Assembly (NCBI GenBank): GCA_905178155.1
Contig: CAJINV010000005.1
Coordinates: 7,494,989-7,558,988, forward strand
DNA from: Amoebophrya sp. A120
Taxonomy: Eukaryota > Protista > Dinoflagellata
DNA: 64,000 bases
Reading direction: 5' to 3'
Shown one piece after another: positions 61,413 through 64,000 of the stretch (the stretch's first letter is position 1; each line of letters opens with the position of its first letter). The notes under the pieces were generated by a model. That model was not told where the DNA came from. It saw only the letters and a program-made list of their open reading frames with translations, and did not search any database. The position numbers and the translations under genes are program-made.

Positions 61413-64000
61413 ATGAGCCGTCCCCGTGTGCTGTACGTCTTTCTGCAAACCGACCCGGAGAACAGTTTTCACCCTGCTATCAAGCAGTTGTGCGAGCAAA
61501 CGCAAGAAAACGCCGCGGTGGAATTTCTCATCAAGCTTCGTCCGAAACTTATCAAAATGAAAAATCCCCCCTCCCCATATTGAGACGGAAACTTCTGTTG
61601 CTGAATTTGTGTACACAAATCAGCCCTGTCTTGCAGTGAGGCACTACAGGCAAAGCCCCAGCCTGCGTATGGGTGTTTTGTTGTAGGCTCTTGGCATAGG
61701 AGAGGCCTGCCATGTAGGTGAAACAGCATTACAAATCGCCTCCATAAGGCGGCGGATTCTTTGGCTTTGCCTTCTTGCAAGACAGATGTGATTTGTGACC
61801 TCAAATCCGCAACACAAATTTTTGCAAGCATACCTTTTCGATATGGGGAGGGGGGATTTTTCCTCTCAATAAAATTGCCCGAAGACCTGCCGTTCTGCGA
61901 AAAATGCGAAATTTTGATGATTTCACCCTTCACCGGCGGAAGCAATGGTGTATGCATCGCAAAAAAAGCGTACTAGTACAAACTGCATGGCAAATTTGCT
62001 CAGCATGAAAAATGGACTTTGTCATGGTGGTTCACCCTGGGTGGTAGATTTGTCATGCCTATCTGCAATTCGTCACAAACTTTTGCAATGCATATGCCGC
62101 GTTGCTGGCGAACTGTCTGTCGAACCTGAAAAAGTTGAAGTGGATTCACTCCCTCTCCGCAGGAGTGGACATGATCGTCCCGACGCTGCAGCAACACTAC
62201 CTCGGCGGCATGATGAGCACATCAGCAGGGTCCACTTCATCTTCTACCGGCGCCGCAGAACAGCTGAAAATGCCACCTTTGACGAACGCGAAGCACGTAT
62301 GGGAGTGTCAGGATCGAAATCAACAAAATCGAAGTGATTTGTGATGCATAAAACCGATACCACTGGGAGCCTCAGTTTCCAAGCGGCGCATGACAAACTT
62401 CGATAGCACGAAAAGCCAGTCTGTCAGGCTGTTTGGGCAAAGAGGACTGCTCCTATCGTGCTGCTCCAGCAGCACATCGCCCTCCTCTAAACAGGCTTGG
62501 AATCGGTCTCATTTGCCTGCTCCCCAACACAGGCCTTACTTACCCTACATTTTATGCATTACAAGTTTTTCGATTTGGTCGATTTCAAACCTGACGCTTC
62601 CATAGCACGCCTTCTCCTACTCGCTCGCGGAGTACGCTTTGTTTGCGATCCTGTTTTTCACGAAGCAGGCACGGCGGCTGCTCGAGTATGCAATGCAAAA
62701 GTATCGTACGTAGTAGAAATTGCATTACAAATTCCCCCAGCATTACAAATTCAATTTGTAATGCTGATTTACCTTGAGAATTGGATTTGTAATGCATAAA
62801 TTCAATTACTACGAGTACGATACTTTTGCACAGGATATCGAGAACCAAAGGACGAAGACCTGGGACCGGTTCCAAATGAACTGGCTTGCGGGGGGCAGTG
62901 CGATAGCAGGGACGAATAGTGGCAGCGCGAATCTTAAATCGCAACCCGCACTGGGGAAAAAACTCGGATTCATCGGGTTCGGCAGCATTGGGAAGGCGTG
63001 CTACGATATCGTACGAAAAAAGTGTTTCACTGTAAGGATTTTGCAAGGTTTGCGTCACAAGTGTGTTTTACATCACAGAGAAACTTTGCCATGCGAGATT
63101 CCTAAGGGAAAACACAGGCAAAAATCCATTGTCTTGCATGTGCAGCAAGACAAATACTTACATTTTCTGCATTACAAGTTTACACTGAAACAGTTTTTTC
63201 TTGCGATATACGATTTGCTTGTCGGCAGCAAGAGGAGAACGCAGCTCGCCACGCCCGGTGGCCCGGCCGGCACCGGCGGCATATCGTGTGCAAAAGTATC
63301 GTACTCGTACAAATGCAACTCTTGCATTACAAATCTTGTTTGCAAGGCAAATCTGCATATACAAATTTCATATTCTCATGCTGAGGAAATTTGTAATGCA
63401 TTTATACGAGTACGATACTTTTGCACTTCATACGGCATTCCCTGGAGCCAAGTGCTCGTACACCGAAGAACCCGGGACAGTGCGACTGCAGGGAGTGACG
63501 GCGGGGGAATTGCGACTGCCGGTGCACTATCAAATGCAACTATGTCTGGGTCGTCTGGAAGCGTGGAAAGTTGTCATGCAGGTTTTCCATGACCCATGAG
63601 GTCTGGAATGCGGGACCTAGCATGACACAGTCTGCGAGGTCTCTGCCATGCCTGTCCTGCATGAGAAACTCCCTCCTAACTTTGTCGAAAGTGGACGGCT
63701 TTTGGCACTCATGCAACACAGATTTTAGCATTATTCGGATTTAGCATGACAAGTTCCAGACCCAGACACTTTTGCAATCCATATGCACAATCCGCGATCA
63801 CGTTTCAAGAGGACTTTTCAACCAGTGAGGAACAGTTGGTTGAGACCCACCCAGACTACCTGCTCGGCGAGTACGCCAGCAAAGAAGATGTTTTCGCGAA
63901 ATCGGACGTGATCATATGCACGTTGCCGGGCACGGCGGAGACGCACCATTTCTGCGACATGGCGTCCGTTTCTTTGATTCCGGATGGGGCGGTACTTACT
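61413..64000 (+). CDS. D-isomer-specific 2-hydroxyacid dehydrogenase, NAD(P)-binding (runs off the window end)
   Basis: LKWIHSLSAGVD, LTNAKHAFSYSLAEYALFAILFFTK, Rossmann LGFIGFGSIG, SDVIICTLPGTAET; 7 introners at 61550-61871, 61951-62094, 62298-62604, 62687-62837, 63007-63208, 63282-63432, 63528-63783. Confidence 0.92.

Noticed and set aside
1-64000. Recurring ORF-track peptides (AKMSGSG, AKVSYSYKC, CKSIVLV, QKYRTRINA) as protein repeats
   Set aside because: They are translations of introner TIRs; most minus-strand ORFs are shadows of + strand exons or repeats.

Overview
Eukaryotic genomic DNA from a dinoflagellate, most consistent with the syndinian parasite Amoebophrya. Evidence: an exact dinoflagellate spliced-leader 21-mer at 27186-27206, TTTAGGG repeats, every recognisable gene on one strand, and genes fragmented by non-canonical invasive introns (introners). 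About 8 protein genes lie on the + strand. They are split by 60+ short elements (about 110-400 bp) from at least 10 unrelated terminal-inverted-repeat (TIR) families. Nearly all begin TAT, end ATA, are flanked by a 5-bp direct repeat (TSD) and carry many GCATNACAA/TTGTNATGC motifs. Removing an element plus one TSD restores the reading frame. Recognisable products are a YccU-like CoA-binding protein, a D-2-hydroxyacid dehydrogenase and a coiled-coil protein with a beta-rich C-terminus. Larger elements are nested inside introners: a telomere-capped, (ATCA)n-tailed retroposon and a Helentron/DINE-1-like element with a structured ~97-bp tandem array. The most unusual structure is at 53873-57717: five copies of a ~40-bp hairpin-ended sequence separate four 0.35-1.3 kb fragments copied from the two neighbouring genes, all inserted into a third ORF, a CRISPR/integron-like repeat-spacer layout in a eukaryote. 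Coordinates were read by eye and may be off by a few bases. No database searches were run.
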